A DNA stretch of 64,000 nucleotides from Phoronis australis (GCA_002633005.1 NMRA01000120.1:621940-685939), one strand, 5' to 3'. Positions 43,519 through 56,759 are shown, counted from the first letter of the stretch. The notes: generated by a model not told the origin, from the sequence alone. Made by a program: numbers and translations.

Positions 43519-43871
43519 GATGACAGTCGTAAAACACGAGCGAAGTCTTGGTCGTTATTACGGGCGACACTTTCTCCCAATCCACTCACGATAGATTCGT
43601 CGTCTGGACTCGCGGGTGCAATTTGCGACAGTGCAAATGCCCTTCTGGTTATATCTTAAGGCCACAGAGATATGTACTGCATTTTCGCTCAACGGGGTCA
43701 AAACTGAAAAAGGACAGCATAATATTGTCAACTGCAAATCAACGAGCTGAAATTTGATTATTACCGAGTTGTCGATATCACGTTGAGAGTCTATAACAAC
43801 AATCCGGGCTCCTCAAACTGCGAAATGATTTGGACTCGTGGCAATAAAAAGTAAACCGATGTTGGCAATAC

Positions 43872-44089
43872 TATGGCGTGTTATGTGTTGCAAAATTCAA
43901 TGTTAAAAAAAAATAGGTTTGATGTAATTATATGTATTCGATATCTTACAGCTATCGCTCATTGATTATGGAATACAAATATTTTGACATCAAATGTACA
44001 AACTATAAGATCAAATATAAATATAAGGTATCGAATACATCAAACCTAATTTTTTGAACATTGAATTTTGCAACACATAACACGCCATA
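43872..44089. mobile_element. TA-flanked MITE (Tc1/mariner-like) with ~50-bp TIRs
   Basis: TA|TGGCGTGTTATGTGTTGCAAAATTCAATGTT...TAGGTTTGATGTA and TACATCAAACCTA...AACATTGAATTTTGCAACACATAACACGCCA|TA. Near-perfect inverted repeat, TA at both ends. Confidence 0.8.
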
Positions 44090-44152
44090 ACTTTTCGTTA
44101 TCGCCTTCGAAGAATGAGGTTGAAAGGTTGTTAGGCTTTGTGCCAACAAAGC

Positions 44153-44162
44153 GGGAATTCCC
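44153..44162. promoter_or_regulatory. Consensus NF-kB/Rel site
   Basis: GGGAATTCCC (perfect palindromic GGGRNNYYCC), ending 77 nt upstream of the TNF-ligand ATG. Confidence 0.6.
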
Positions 44163-44238
44163 AGCCAGGTTAGTCTAATGAAAGGCAGTTGGAAACGAAG
44201 TCCGCTTGCAATCAACAAGACCTAATCTGTTTTGGATA

Positions 44239-44625
44239 ATGCAAAGCCTCTTAAAGCCTGGTCCGAAGGGCGAGTACGAAATTCGACAAAAGCCGCGAAA
44301 CCGTCAAATTTTGTACTTCACAACATACACGTTGCTGTATATTATCATGATCGGTAGTGTAGTGTTCAACGGTCTGATGTACGCAGAGCTTGAGAATTTC
44401 AAATCTGAAGTCTTATCCTTACAAAACGTGATGAATGGAAAGCAAACAGTTGTGGCAAGGGCTGAACTACGACCTCGGATATGCGTGCCGTGCGATTTTT
44501 ACTCGTACAGCTCGTCCGAGCGAGACTATCAGTTGCAGAACTTTTCGATAACAAAGTATGGAACGAAAGAACAGTGCTGTGTCGATTCGACAAACGGGAA
44601 AGTCGTAAAAGAGCTCATAGAAAAG
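44239..44625 (+). CDS. TNF superfamily ligand (TRAIL/TNFSF10-like), coding exon 1: cytoplasmic tail, type II TM helix, Cys-containing stalk
   Basis: ATG at 44239. Basic RQKPRNR then hydrophobic ILYFTTYTLLYIIMIGSVVFNGLMY, followed by CVPC...EQCC. Ends AAG|GTAAGT (phase 0). 129 codons. Confidence 0.85.
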
Positions 44626-45645
44626 GTAAGTCTCGGGCGTTGAGTTATAGGTTAAACGCCTGACAGGCATGTTGCCTATATAATGTATGACCTACTTTAA
44701 GCAAATGTTTACAATGTGGTCAGTGGTGATATCTCATTATTCATGCATTGCGAGCATTCTAATGTTACTATCCAGGACTGTAAAAAAAAACAATTAACAA
44801 CAGTGTCGACAGGCCGCCATACAATGCAACGCAATACCGACACACGTCGCTGACCTGATGGCAGTACATCTCAAACGACAATTATGTTTGTGTAAACCAA
44901 AAACTAGTAATTTATCGAGTGGACTGGAACTAGTCGCGTCGTCGAGGGCGAATTTGGACACAAATCCAAGTAGTCATAATCTGCAACCTGCACAAAACAT
45001 TTCAACATACGCCAATTACTAAACGTGCACGTTGCCTATAAAATCGGGCCTTCATGCAGTGACTTTCATGAGACCTCAGTTGTAAGTATTCGAATGGCAA
45101 AAACAAACGAGACGAAAATTATCATCAAGAATTGAAGACAAAATGTTGTTCCTTACGGTGCAGTACCAGGATTTTGTCATTTAAGACGACGACCAACCAT
45201 AAAGTAGACAATTTAAAACGTAGTGCCGGCAATGTTTAAGACATCGTTGGCCAGTAATGGTTGATTGCGCGTTCGGACATGTAGATTTATTACAACTCAA
45301 TCAATTTTGCTTTATAAGGGCAGCAGAAACGGGGAAAAATACTTGCTGTGTTTTACCTAGCGGCTTATGGTGGCCATTGTTTTCTCAACACTTGTGTTTG
45401 ATCTTGCACATTTTATTTTTGAAATAAAATTATATAATTAACCATACAACGTCCAATGTTGATAAATAATGTTTTGCACCTTTCGTTGCGAACTGCATCT
45501 ACAATGAGTAGAGTAACACGTGCATTAAATAATTAGTTTAAACAAAGAACATCAGTCACAATATCGATTGCATTTTTAAAAGCGCCATCCGACGTCCGTA
45601 AGTATGTATAGAACATCTGTCTAACCACATCTCTTTGTGTTCTAG

Positions 45646-45682
45646 GGGGTACAGAGACAATTACTACGAGAAAAGGCCAAAG
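45646..45682 (+). CDS. TNF superfamily ligand, coding exon 2 (37-nt stalk exon, GVQRQLLREKAK)
   Basis: CTAAC branch point (45621), pyrimidine tract and TCTAG acceptor, donor G|GTACAG. Converts phase 0 to phase 1, as required to join exons 1 and 3. Confidence 0.75.
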
Positions 45683-46619
45683 GTACAGTATGTTTACATT
45701 GTACGTGTTGTCTTCTCAAAGTCGAGAAAAAGGCTTTGAGCGCAACATTGTATTTCCTAACCGGCAATTCTGAATACTTCTTACCGACTGGGAATAAAAC
45801 AGCCAGCTACCGTAACTGCTGCCTGCTCGTGACAATATCCTTTTTTGCCCATTTTATACACTGGAGACTATCGAAACTAAACTATCGTTGTAAATTGACC
45901 CTTTTCATTGTTTAATTGGCAAAACTAACTCTCCTACAAGGAAATAAAATAGGAATCAATAACGCGCATTGCAACAACTGGTGTCTGTTCAGTGATAGTA
46001 TCGCATTCGGAGCATCAGAGCCAACTAAAAAATCGTTACAACGATTCAACTATCTTGTTTTAACGGCTTACTATTTCGTTATAACAATTTAAAAGTCGAC
46101 GTTCTAACGAGATAGTCAAGTCATAACGATATATAGTATCTCATTACAACAAGATAGCATGTCGCAGGCAAGTCGTTATAACGAGACAAAGCTCCTTCTT
46201 TACACTCATTGAACGTCTCAACCTTCTTTTTCGAGGAAATAAATTGAGGTCAAGTACGTCAAGTCGATAAATGACGGCCCTTAGAACAAACGTCACGAAG
46301 AGCATTGTGGCCTGGCACACTTCAATAATGATTTGCTTGCAGCGATAGTCTTGTGATATTTTATTTTCTATGCAGATCTACATGTATCGCACACTTGGTG
46401 ACATGAACACACATTTCCTTAATCTAAACACTGAAAAGGCTTGAATAAACCAGTGAAGTATATCATTTCCTGGTGGAGCTCATTGAATTACCCTAGGGGC
46501 ACATTACACGACGACCCATCGAATGTAATTCAGGGAATATCACGCTGGACACGAATTAACCCGTTTTCTATTGTGTGCGCGGTAAGCATTGTTATTTCAG
46601 TAGCACTTCGTAGTTTGAC

Positions 46620-48040
46620 ACTGCGATATTGGCATTTCCTTCTTCCTGGTATATTGAAATACGTGTTATTGCATCCTTCTTTGACGGGCCAATCTCTTTG
46701 GGGTTTCCCCGAGCCTACCTGTTGGAGAAACAGTGAATACAGTAATGTCAGTGGCAGGGATGAATCTACTCCGAAAGTTCAGTTGAAGTGTAATCACTTG
46801 GGGAAGCCAGTTGGGACCAGTGTCCAAACAGTCTATTCAGGGCCCTCGATCCCTCGTTTTGGGGCCCAATGTCGGCCCCATTCCCGTTTGAAAAATATTT
46901 AAACAATTATGGAAAGAAATTCTCCTCATGAGGCTTAAAAAATCTCCTCAAGCAATTGAAAAATAACCTCAAGGTTAGTTCAAATCACTTGTAACTAACT
47001 CACACAGATGACAATTTGGCAATTTGAAAGAGAACGAAATGTTAGTTTTGGCTAATTGAGGGAGAGGCTGTGAGGGCTTGCAACAGGGGTGGGGGTGCTA
47101 TTTCCCCCTTTCGGAAGGCACAGGAACCTTTCACCTGGGGTCCTGGTCATGAACATATGTCCCTCGAGCGTTGTATAGAGGCACTGAACAAAATAGGCAA
47201 AAGGTGAGTCTAGCTTCCAGGACTCAAAACGACATGAGGTGTGATGAATCACCTGCTTTACTGCTCATTTGGTCACCTGCTACAGCACTCGTAAAATCGT
47301 CCATCACCAGGCGACAATCATTCCAGTTGTGACTGACGTCTCGTTGACTTTTAGAGAAAGAAACTGTTGAAGCTGACATAACCGGCGACAATGAAGCATG
47401 AACGATTGTGCATGAATATATCTTAGACAACCCTACAACAGACGATCGGAGCCCTCTCGTCCAAAATTCACCCACTTCCTTAGATGAAGTTGTTTTTATT
47501 TGCTTTTCGTTGTCTCGACTTCCCAGCATTTGAATCACATGGCTATCAAGTACAGCCATATTACAAAGCTCACGTGCCCATGATGGCCACAGACACATTA
47601 CTCTGGCGACAGCTCTCTACCCACCCCAAAAAACGAAAAACCCAATGATCATGATAGTGGACCGAATATTGCAGAGCTGTACATCGAGATGTCCTGCATT
47701 GCGAACACATGGCCGGGTGCGACACGACTGGGCTTGATTAATCCCATTTTTCTACGCAACCATTTGCATAGAAAGACTTATCCCGTTAAGTGTTGATAGC
47801 CAACCACCTTGGTAGGCAGAGAATGCTTAGGCTGAGAGAAAATGAAACGATTGGGACCAATCCATTTTACCACCTTTCCTTATTTTGGGAAGCGAAAAAG
47901 GCACCCTGGCGTTGATTTTCATAATTTCCTAATCTGGCCTTCAGATGTTGAATAGGAGCGTCGTAGTTCCCATCATTCGTAGCAAATCCTTCCAAGGTCA
48001 GAGCTGCCTCACCCTTTAGAAACGACTTGAAATTCAATTT
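46620..48040 (-). mobile_element. BEL/Pao LTR-retrotransposon gag (DUF1759-like) relic in TNF intron 2, apparently interrupted by ~1 kb of other sequence
   Basis: 47915-48040 (-) encodes KLNFKSFLKGEAALTLEGFATNDGNYDAPIQHLKARLGN, matching the BEL gag pattern YLKSxLxGEAxxxIxGxxxxxxNYxxAxxxLKxRFG. A weaker continuation lies below 46838. CAGGG...CCCTG-ended sequence at 46838-47908 sits between, without a TSD. Confidence 0.6.
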
Positions 48041-49496
48041 TGTCAATTTCATTGTCAATTTTGTCGACTGAATAATAAAGCAAACGCAAACAGATCTGCC
48101 ACTGAATAGGATCTCCGGTGTGCACCTCAATGTCGCTGTGCATCACAAGAATGTGAGCTAGAAAATAACTGAGTTTAAGTTTCAGACTATTGCAAGGGCA
48201 TGCTCTGCATCTATTGTTGTGACATACGTTGCTTATGTCATCTTTTGTATTTTTATTTCAGTTTAATCACTTGCTTGAAATCTTGTTAAACCCTACTCCG
48301 AACTGTACTCCATCATAAACACCATATCAAGTACCTTAATTGACTAATGCTGACACACAGTGGCGATAACCGGGTTCAGATTTTAAAATAAAAATATCAC
48401 TTTTCTTTTGAGTAGAGCAATTGTTACACGTCCTCTCTACCAGCTAGATCGCGGAACCGAGTTCTTATTCTCTGAGTGCTCGCTGCACAAGTAACATAGA
48501 CGTGTTGCTAAGGAAACGGGCGAGGCAAGCTCTGCAGCAACTTGGACACTGTCATCATAGACTATTCTTAATATAGAACTCATAATTTCTCTGAAACGAC
48601 ACTTGAACAGCTTGAATGATTGTTTTCATTACACTTGACTGTAGAAAACGAAGCGATTGCAACAAATTAAGCGATCAAAACGAATTCAAACAGTCCGCGT
48701 TATCATCAGTTTGAGAACGACACGTTCATGTTGGGAGGTAACCGGGTATTTCCGATCAAGCGCCCAGGGGCGTTTTTGCGGAAAGCATCGAAGCAAAGGG
48801 GCCCGTGGACGCTTTTCCGAGAACAAAAGGGAATGGTCTCATTTTCGCCCAGGGCGCTTTATCGCAAATCTCCGGTATTAACAAAGACACCTCAACAAAG
48901 AGCTGGTGACAGCTATGCCGAGGGGAATGACTAGCAATCTAACACTGATTTCTATAACCTACTTAAAGTTACACGAAAGTGAAAGCAGTTTCGATAATTT
49001 GTTGCGTACTAACATAGCCTTGTGAAGGCAGGACGTGACTGAGTCAACCGGCTCAAAGTTAAGAAGTACGATCTCTCCACAAATTTATCTACAAACGCAT
49101 CGAAAAGTCGCGACATTTTTCGCTCACCAGCTTCGAGTATTTTACCAAGGCATTCATTATTAATTATACGAAATTCATTTGCTAATGTCAATGTAAAGAC
49201 ATATCGCTGGACTTCCAGTTCTATTCAACACGCCGCGACTATTCAAACCGGTCGCACACGCCAAAAACTCGGTGAAATGTTACCAATGAACGCGACAGGA
49301 ACGGCTGGCCTTGACGGACGAGAGCGATGTAATGCTGTCCAGTCCTCGCTTTTACATTGGCCTGTCAGCAATGCATGAATTTAAAGAACGATCTTTTAGT
49401 ATATAACTCTTAAAGACAAAGTAAGTGATGGAGTGCAATTATGTAAATAGGCATGAATACCATGGTTCCGCACTACTTTTGTATCTCATTTTTCAG

Positions 49497-49616
49497 GTGA
49501 ATATGGAACAGTGAAGCATATTATCATCCACCAAAAGGACGGAAAAAAATTCACGTCGTGGGATAACAAGCCCGTCGCACATCTTCTTGGTTGTGTGCGC
49601 GAACAGAAGCATATAG
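49497..49616 (+). CDS. TNF superfamily ligand, coding exon 3 (start of TNF homology domain)
   Basis: TTTTTCAG acceptor. EYGTVKHIIIHQKDGKKFTSWDNKPVAHLLGCVREQKHI, where KPVAHL is the THD strand-A motif. Donor G|GTTGGA, 120 nt, phase 1 to 1. Confidence 0.85.
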
Positions 49617-51434
49617 GTTGGATTTTTAACAGTTTCTCTGCACTGTCTTTCAACTCATGAATGTGTCAAGCTCTGCTTGTACTATACAAGTTATTTTGAT
49701 CCGAATTCATGCAGCTTTCCCAAAGTGCTTGAGTTTTTGTTGTCATGTCTCATTATGGTTGCTTTAGGTAGGGTTCAGCAAAAGAGTTTAGACAATCAGG
49801 GTGTTTCAGGGGCGCCCTACAGTTATTATAGGGTTTTGGCTGCCAACGCACACCGAAGTAGAGATGAGACCTTACTTCACGTCCTTATCAATAGTCTGAA
49901 AAAAAGATTTTGTAGCATATCCACGCTTTGGTAAACACTCCGAAACCAGGAAATTTACAAAATGAAAGTGTTATGAGGAACGACATTTGGTGAAAACGGC
50001 AGAAAATGAAGACGACGACGACAAAGACAATGGCCCGAAAACTATGATTCCCATAAAACCAACTCCAAATCAGATGATAAAATAAAAACTCTGAGAATCA
50101 AAACTAGACAAAAGCGACTGAAAAGGTGACGGTAGCGAGATATCACATGACCATGGCGCTAACGACTATGTAGCGTCTAATGACCCATATTCGATGACAC
50201 TGAAATGAAAAATGGCGATGACGTCACCAATATCGAGAATAACACGGACTAAGACAACAGCGCCAACTTCAACTCTGATGACAATACTGACGCACCTACT
50301 ATGGTCACAAAGATTTAAACGACGTTGCAGACAAGTAAACCATACCCAAAACCGACGATAACAACCACTGTTGACAATCCCAAGTGATAAAATTGATTAA
50401 GAACCAAAGGCTTGTACAACGGAAGTCTGTCGACTCGAATGCAAGGAATGATCTGCCAATAAACGAAAATTCGTAAAAAATCTCGAATAATTCGAGAATG
50501 GTAAGAGAGAAACTGATAACATTATTATTAAATACCGAACGACATTTATCCACGTGTATATCATCAGGTTTTAAATAGATTCGAACGAGACCTGCACCAT
50601 AGAAAGGTCAAGAATCTGTGTCATTCTTGGAGACTTAGACGACTACTGCAAGCCTGAGAAACGTACCATTGATCAGTTCAGTCGATTTGTAGCTCTTGTA
50701 AGTTTCAAGAAAATCCATCGAAAGACGCCGGTGCAGTGACACGCACTGAGCAACAGAAGAGTCGTTAGAAATTAACTAAACCTAAATCGTGGAGAGAAAC
50801 GAATGACATACTCAAGAGATAATTGTTAGTCAGATTTATCCACACACAACTACCAACGCAACAGACCTCGAGCTTTTTACATGTTTCATCCAATATGTGT
50901 AAATTTTATGCCGTGTGTTCGAACGAAAATAACAGTTCTCTGAGGAGTTACACTTGGCGAAATGTACCGGGGATGACGATATAGACACGGCACAAAAGAT
51001 GAACATATGCTGCTCTAGACAAAAAAGACCACAACACTGTCGACAATTCTGACACTCATAACGACATGAACGATTTACCCAACAACGCTAACAACAATTT
51101 GTTGTACCACTTGACCTCTAAGGAAAACAGAGCTAAGGCTACACAGTGCAAACATGAATTGCCATCAAAGTGCATCATCTGGCGTCCGATTTCGACCAAG
51201 GACAGCATGCCTCGAAGTTGTTCGTTGTTGCGTGTGTAATTTCGTGTCATGAAGAAATGAGTTGTCTATCGTATGCACAAACTATTAAGCAAACAAGAAA
51301 AATTCAGGATACAGCATCATTCTTGGCAAATTTCGTTTCGTCAAGATTGTTTTGTCTGAATTAACATGAAAGTCTTGACAATCTCAAAATTCCAACCGTA
51401 AATAAAAAGGCCACGGCCTTTTGTTATTTGACAG

Positions 51435-51666
51435 GTGGTCGATATGATCCCCAAGAGCTACGTAGGTGGCTGGTACCCGGCGAGCACCGCAACACTATCT
51501 TGAAGAATGGCTTGACATACAGGGATGGTCGAATCATTATTTCGACAGAAGGTCTGTACTATGTCTATAGCCAGATCCTATTCATCGAAACTTACGCCGT
51601 GACCGTCACAATGGGCGAACAGCCAGAGCAGGATACATACAAGCACAGATGTCACTACATCTTCAG
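51435..51666 (+). CDS. TNF superfamily ligand, coding exon 4 (THD)
   Basis: TGACAG acceptor. LRRW...NGLTYRDGRIIISTEGLYYVYSQILF matches the TNF family signature GLYxVYSQ. Ends HYIF-AG|GTAGGG, phase 1 to 2. Confidence 0.92.
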
Positions 51667-51857
51667 GTAGGGATGGAGCTCGTCGACGTTTGTCTTGGGG
51701 GGGGGGGGCGTTTTACTGAGAACACGAAGTAAATGTGCCTCTGATAGGGTTGCCTTTACTTACCTGAGAATTTTCTATTGTATTAAGGAGTTCTTAAATA
51801 GGTTGTTACTCTTAATTACCGTAAGCTATTGATTTCGGACCACACGTTTTTCATTCT

Positions 51858-51907
51858 TGCGTGCAAATATCCAACAGTGTTAAAACACTGTTGGATATTT
51901 GCACGCA
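51858..51907. repeat. Perfect 24-bp inverted repeat (hairpin) in TNF intron 4
   Basis: TGCGTGCAAATATCCAACAGTGTT-AA-AACACTGTTGGATATTTGCACGCA. Confidence 0.9.
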
Positions 51908-53115
51908 TACAATGATACTGCAAAGCATCTGGTTGGATAAATAAACACCTTTTCTTTGTCAACTATTGTAGATATAGCTCAATTGATATCTAGGTATGTA
52001 TGATATGTAAGTACTGTGGGCCGATGACCTCGAGTATAAACAAACGCTCAAAATGTTCAATATCTAACGCATTGCTCAATCCGAAGAATGTGTGAACATA
52101 AAAACTAGGTACGAATTGCTGTTATTCAATTGAAAGGGTTAATAATTCTTTTCACACTACTCGCGTATTTGACTGGCTTCGATAATTGCTCTACATGTTC
52201 TCAGGTGAAATATTTTGAACAATGGCTATAGATTGATGTAATATCGAATGTGGCTTCCATTGGAATACTGGGAAGGAGGACTTTCCTAAAACTAAGATCC
52301 TAAAATGAGTGTTGAAACTATAAGAGATGAAGTGCAGTACAAAAGTACTACAGAACGAAAACACTGCTGAACGAGTTCGAGTTTAAGCTGTGGGCTGATG
52401 CCCTTAGTTTAGCCTGAGTAATTCAGTTATCTATAATTTTCATTGTGTCCAGGTAGCCTTCGGGATCAGTAAGATTGCCAGAAAATCACTCTCAGGCATA
52501 AAAGTTATTCGATTTGTAACCTCGTTTATGAAGTTCATTTTGTCCGAATTCGTCTCTGTTCTCCACACATCTTAAAATTTACGTTACTCCAACATTTTCT
52601 ACCGTCAAGTCCTAACAATCTACAACTTTTTCTAATAGATTCTATTCGTAACGGTGTGCCATTGAAATAGTAACGTGCATGTCTTGTTTTCAATGGTAAT
52701 GAACTTCAATTCAATGTTTCCATTCTTTGAAAAGCACAGCTGCAACTGCTGGAGTGCTCTCTTTAAAGGAGAATGCCACCCAAAAACAACTTATTTTATA
52801 TCAATTTAGATCGAGTAGTTCCACTCGATAACAGCAAGTTCGGTTATTTTACCTGACACCTAACAGCAGACGGAGGTGTTGAAATTAACCAATGACGTAA
52901 TCGGTTCGAACGCAGTCTGTTCAGCCGTTCACAACACACTTACTGCTGGTGTCAGCTTATCGCTTGAATTCACCGTTTTACACCAATAAATCATCAAAAG
53001 TCGATGTAAACCCTCACAAATACATAGAGCTCTTGAACAAACATGTTTTATTTCACCGGTACGGATTTATAGGTATTTGAACGTACTGTTGAGCCTATAC
53101 AGAGTTCGGTAGGGC

Positions 53116-54294
53116 AATAGGCCTTTTGCGAGTTTATAACAATAACGCGAGATTATGTGAGACTTAACTGTGACGTCACGGGAAGTGGGGCAAAAGCTTG
53201 TCGTTTGGTCATTTGCCCAATACGGTAGCAGAGTGTATTCTGTTATTGTCTTCGAGTTTTTAGCCGTTTAGTTCGAAAAATGTCCAAAAGCATTGCTGTT
53301 ATGGCAAATGAACTTCAGATTCGCACTACAATACGTTCTATCGCGTTCTGTACTAATTTCGTCCCGTGTATTTTAAACGGGCGGTAGGCGAAATCCGCTC
53401 ACTGGTAAAGTTTTCACCTCGTCGAAAATACATTCTACACCTAAAATTAGCACCTAAAAGGCTCTTACTTTCTTCAGTGACTCTTTCTGCTTCTAAGTAT
53501 ATCTTCGATGAAGCATATATACGGGAATTCAGGTGACTTAGGCGAAGAATTCCAACTCCACTTTGTGGTTACTGTTAACTTTGTCCGCGCGCGCGATTAC
53601 CACAATCAAGTATTTCAACTGAGTCAGGTGAGTATGAGGCAAAGGCTAGCGCGAGACTGAGCGAAGCGCGAGATCTGGCGCGTGACCTGGCGCGTGACAC
53701 TTGCAAAATAGCATGAGAAAATATCAAGTGAAATTTGTAAGATTTGTGTCCCTTGGACTTTTTGTTCGTCAACAGGCGTGATTTCACGTAACTTCCTCAA
53801 AATGGCGGCTCTTTAGTGAGAGAAACTCGAGAGAACCGCGAGGTTTTCATGAATATGCTCAAGTTATTTGTAGACTAAATTGTGTCCAGAGTCAGGGTAT
53901 GTGTTAATTATAACTTCATGTGCACATATGCATGTTTCATTTGATTTTATTTGCTGTATTTTGAAGTGAATATCTTTTTATGGGGATACACTATCGCCCC
54001 TGTATGCCTGCGCCATTCAGGCCTAGAGCGGGTTAAGTTCCAATTTCAGTCCGTTCACAGCTTCGCACAACATAACAAGGTCACATTTTCTTCGTCTATT
54101 CACAGTTATTCCACGACCCATCTACCATATCTTAAGTTGTTTTAACGTTTTAAGCGTAAAATTCACCATAAGAACTCCAGTAAGTTTTAGCGTGTGTAGC
54201 AAAGACTCGGGGCAAAACAAGAGCAATATGGCGGGTTTTGCCCCCTTTCCGGTGACGTCACAGTGACTAGCAAGAAACTCGCAAGTGAGCTATT
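53116..54294. mobile_element. ~1.2-kb non-autonomous DNA element with bipartite TIRs carrying CRE palindromes
   Basis: AATAG....TTGCGAGTTT / AAACTCGCAA....CTATT termini, plus an inner inverted pair CTGTGACGTCACGGGAAGTGGGGCAAAA (53168-) / TTTTGCCCCCTTTCCGGTGACGTCACAG (-54263). Confidence 0.65.
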
Positions 54295-56759
54295 TACCAT
54301 CGTCGATAGCGGGAGTTTGTGTCTGTTTGGCGATAAATTCGAACCATTCTTCAGTAAAATACAGACAGGGAAACATAGCTGTGTGTTGTACTTTTAGACT
54401 TGCGATTTTTACAGTTCTAAACACAAAACGCTTGTTACTCCTCTCCAGTGGCTCCGAACCCGGTCAGGTCCGGCGTCGCGGCCGCCGGTACTGGACATCA
54501 CGAATATAAATCTCCAGTCACGAAAAGACTGTAATAGTGAGCCAAAGAAATAATGTACACGTAATTATTTAGGTGAATTAGTCACGAAACTGAAAATCTT
54601 ACTTGTCGAGGACCGCGAAGTCAGGTTCCCCTTCCACAGAACCGTCAGGGCAAAGGTTGTACAGTAACAATGATTTGAATAATGTATTTGTATATCTAAA
54701 GAAAGATTCCCCTAGCATGTGACCATAGCGTATAAAACCTAGTTATTGTTTTACAACAGATTTCTGTCAGCAAACACTGAATTAGCATGCGCTCACGCGG
54801 CTTCGATGTCCGGTCAATTACCTTTATTGCATGTGAAGCCGGTAACGCAGTGGTTTATTCATCGCTGGCTTCTCAAGATGATTTGCACTTACGAATACTC
54901 CAATGGCACAAATTGTATCCAATGAGACAGGCTTCGTTTCATTTTTATATAAGCATTGGGATCAACTTGTTATCCAGCGAGTCCAGACAGCTGTTTTCCA
55001 CATATTATGTGGTGTTAACACAACTCCATTCAATTACTTTTTACATGTATGTTTCGCATATAAGTGGAATCATTAATCGTTGAAAATTTGTAGCTTTTCA
55101 AAAAACAATTTGGTGCTTTGATGGGCTGGGCTGTTTATTGCATTTTATGATCCTGCTGGGAACGCTCAATTAATTGTGTTCGTGCATGGAAACACATTTT
55201 CAATGAATACCGCTGAAATTAATCCAAGCATCCCTCAAATTTACTTTTTACTTGGTTTCGTTATGGAAAGGACATCGAATATGGAAGTGACACCATCCAT
55301 ATCGCATTGTCCCGATTTTCAGGTGCTGGTACCCAACCGTAGTCGGTATAAGGTGGTTTCCGGTGAAACGTCATGCTGACTTCGGTGATCCCCAACTTAT
55401 TTACATGGAAAATTTTGTTTTTAATCGTGTACGTTCACAAGCCTATCACCTGTCTCATCTCCAAAAGTAACACCTGTTCACGTTCCGTTTGCCGACAAAA
55501 TGACAGTCCAATAATACTAGTCCCCTTGGTGAGATTTAACTATCCTGATGTCATTTACTAAGGCCAAACAGTTTGTTAGAAACCTGGCGTGTGTTTTACA
55601 TAAGAGAGAATTAGCGTCGCGAGATATACCCAAGTGAAGCATACGATTACAATAGCTTCCTACGCGACTTTTACGCGTTTACGGAACTCTCAACCCAGGT
55701 CGCAATGAGTGAATGGACTCAAAGAAACATATTTTTTTTCTGTATAAATAAGTCGAATCGACCAAATAATGCAGAATAGCAAACAATCTATTTACGATGC
55801 TTCAGGGTTTTGAGAACACAAAAACGTCTTGCGTGTGACTCAGTTTCTTTGTGGGTGTGCAAGACCAAGCGAGTTGAAACACGATTTCTTTTATTCTCTG
55901 ACATTTAAAATATCACGACAGCAATTTTTTAGACAAGTTTTGTTGAACACCTTTGTTTTTAATGGCCTTACTAGATGGCGCTCTAATTGGCGGCAGGCTG
56001 ATATCGCCTGAAGCGCCAGTGCATGAACAATCGGCGGGGCATTCCAGGAGAACAGGGGCTTCATATCGGGGCTCGAGAGAAATGAGAGCAGGAAAGTGAT
56101 TTCCGATTGACGCCGACTCAGATTTGGTGGAGAGAGATTCAATTAAAAGCTGAGAAATAAATTTCACTGTCAGCTCACCCACTGTTTGATTAATTTCAAT
56201 TCAATAATTCATTTTAGCATTTTGACACTAGCTGGGATCAAAATTCTCTCGTTTTATCAGTCACAACTACTGACTTTGTCGCGGATATTTCTTTACAGTG
56301 GTAAATGTATGGGTGCACGATGTACTTGTTCATCCATAGATATTTCAAAAGGTTCGCCTTTTTTCGTAAGACATAGGTACATCCCACTGCACATCAGTGG
56401 AGATTTGCCGGCTTTATAATGTCTGGGAAGGTTTTAAAACGCTTTTTACTTCAGTAGGTTGAAACCTCTCGTGCGCATTACATGGGATCATGATTCTCGT
56501 TCTGCTTTACGATAAAGGTCAAAAGGCAAGGCAAAGTGCGCACCATTTGCAAATGGTTGAATTGGCTATACGATGCCGTTTAACATAACACTGAAGATAG
56601 ACTGCGGTAGTCTTCATTGTACCCCATAATGTGATCTAATTTCGGTATTAAAGTTTGACTGAACCAAGGTCGTGACATCCTTATGAAGGCCATGGCATGA
56701 CAAATAAGTCTTAGCTAGGCCCGTTCTGTCCCTACCGACACGGCCGAAAACGCTGTCTG

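Noticed and set aside
44206-44238. Longer TNF N-terminus from the ORF track (TTG start)
   Set aside because: Non-ATG start is an artefact of the prokaryote-style ORF caller. The first ATG is at 44239.
50930-50975. Penelope-type minimal hammerhead (CTGAGGA-GTTACACTTGGC-GAAA)
   Set aside because: The core boxes are present, but there is no proper NUH cleavage triplet and stems I and II rely mostly on G-U pairs. At best a dead relic.
52762-52790. TTAAAGG Kolobok-like terminus (similar ends at ~9369, ~15385, ~16180; GGGTTAA piggyBac-like ends at ~10745, ~37650)
   Set aside because: No matching partner TIR could be paired convincingly.
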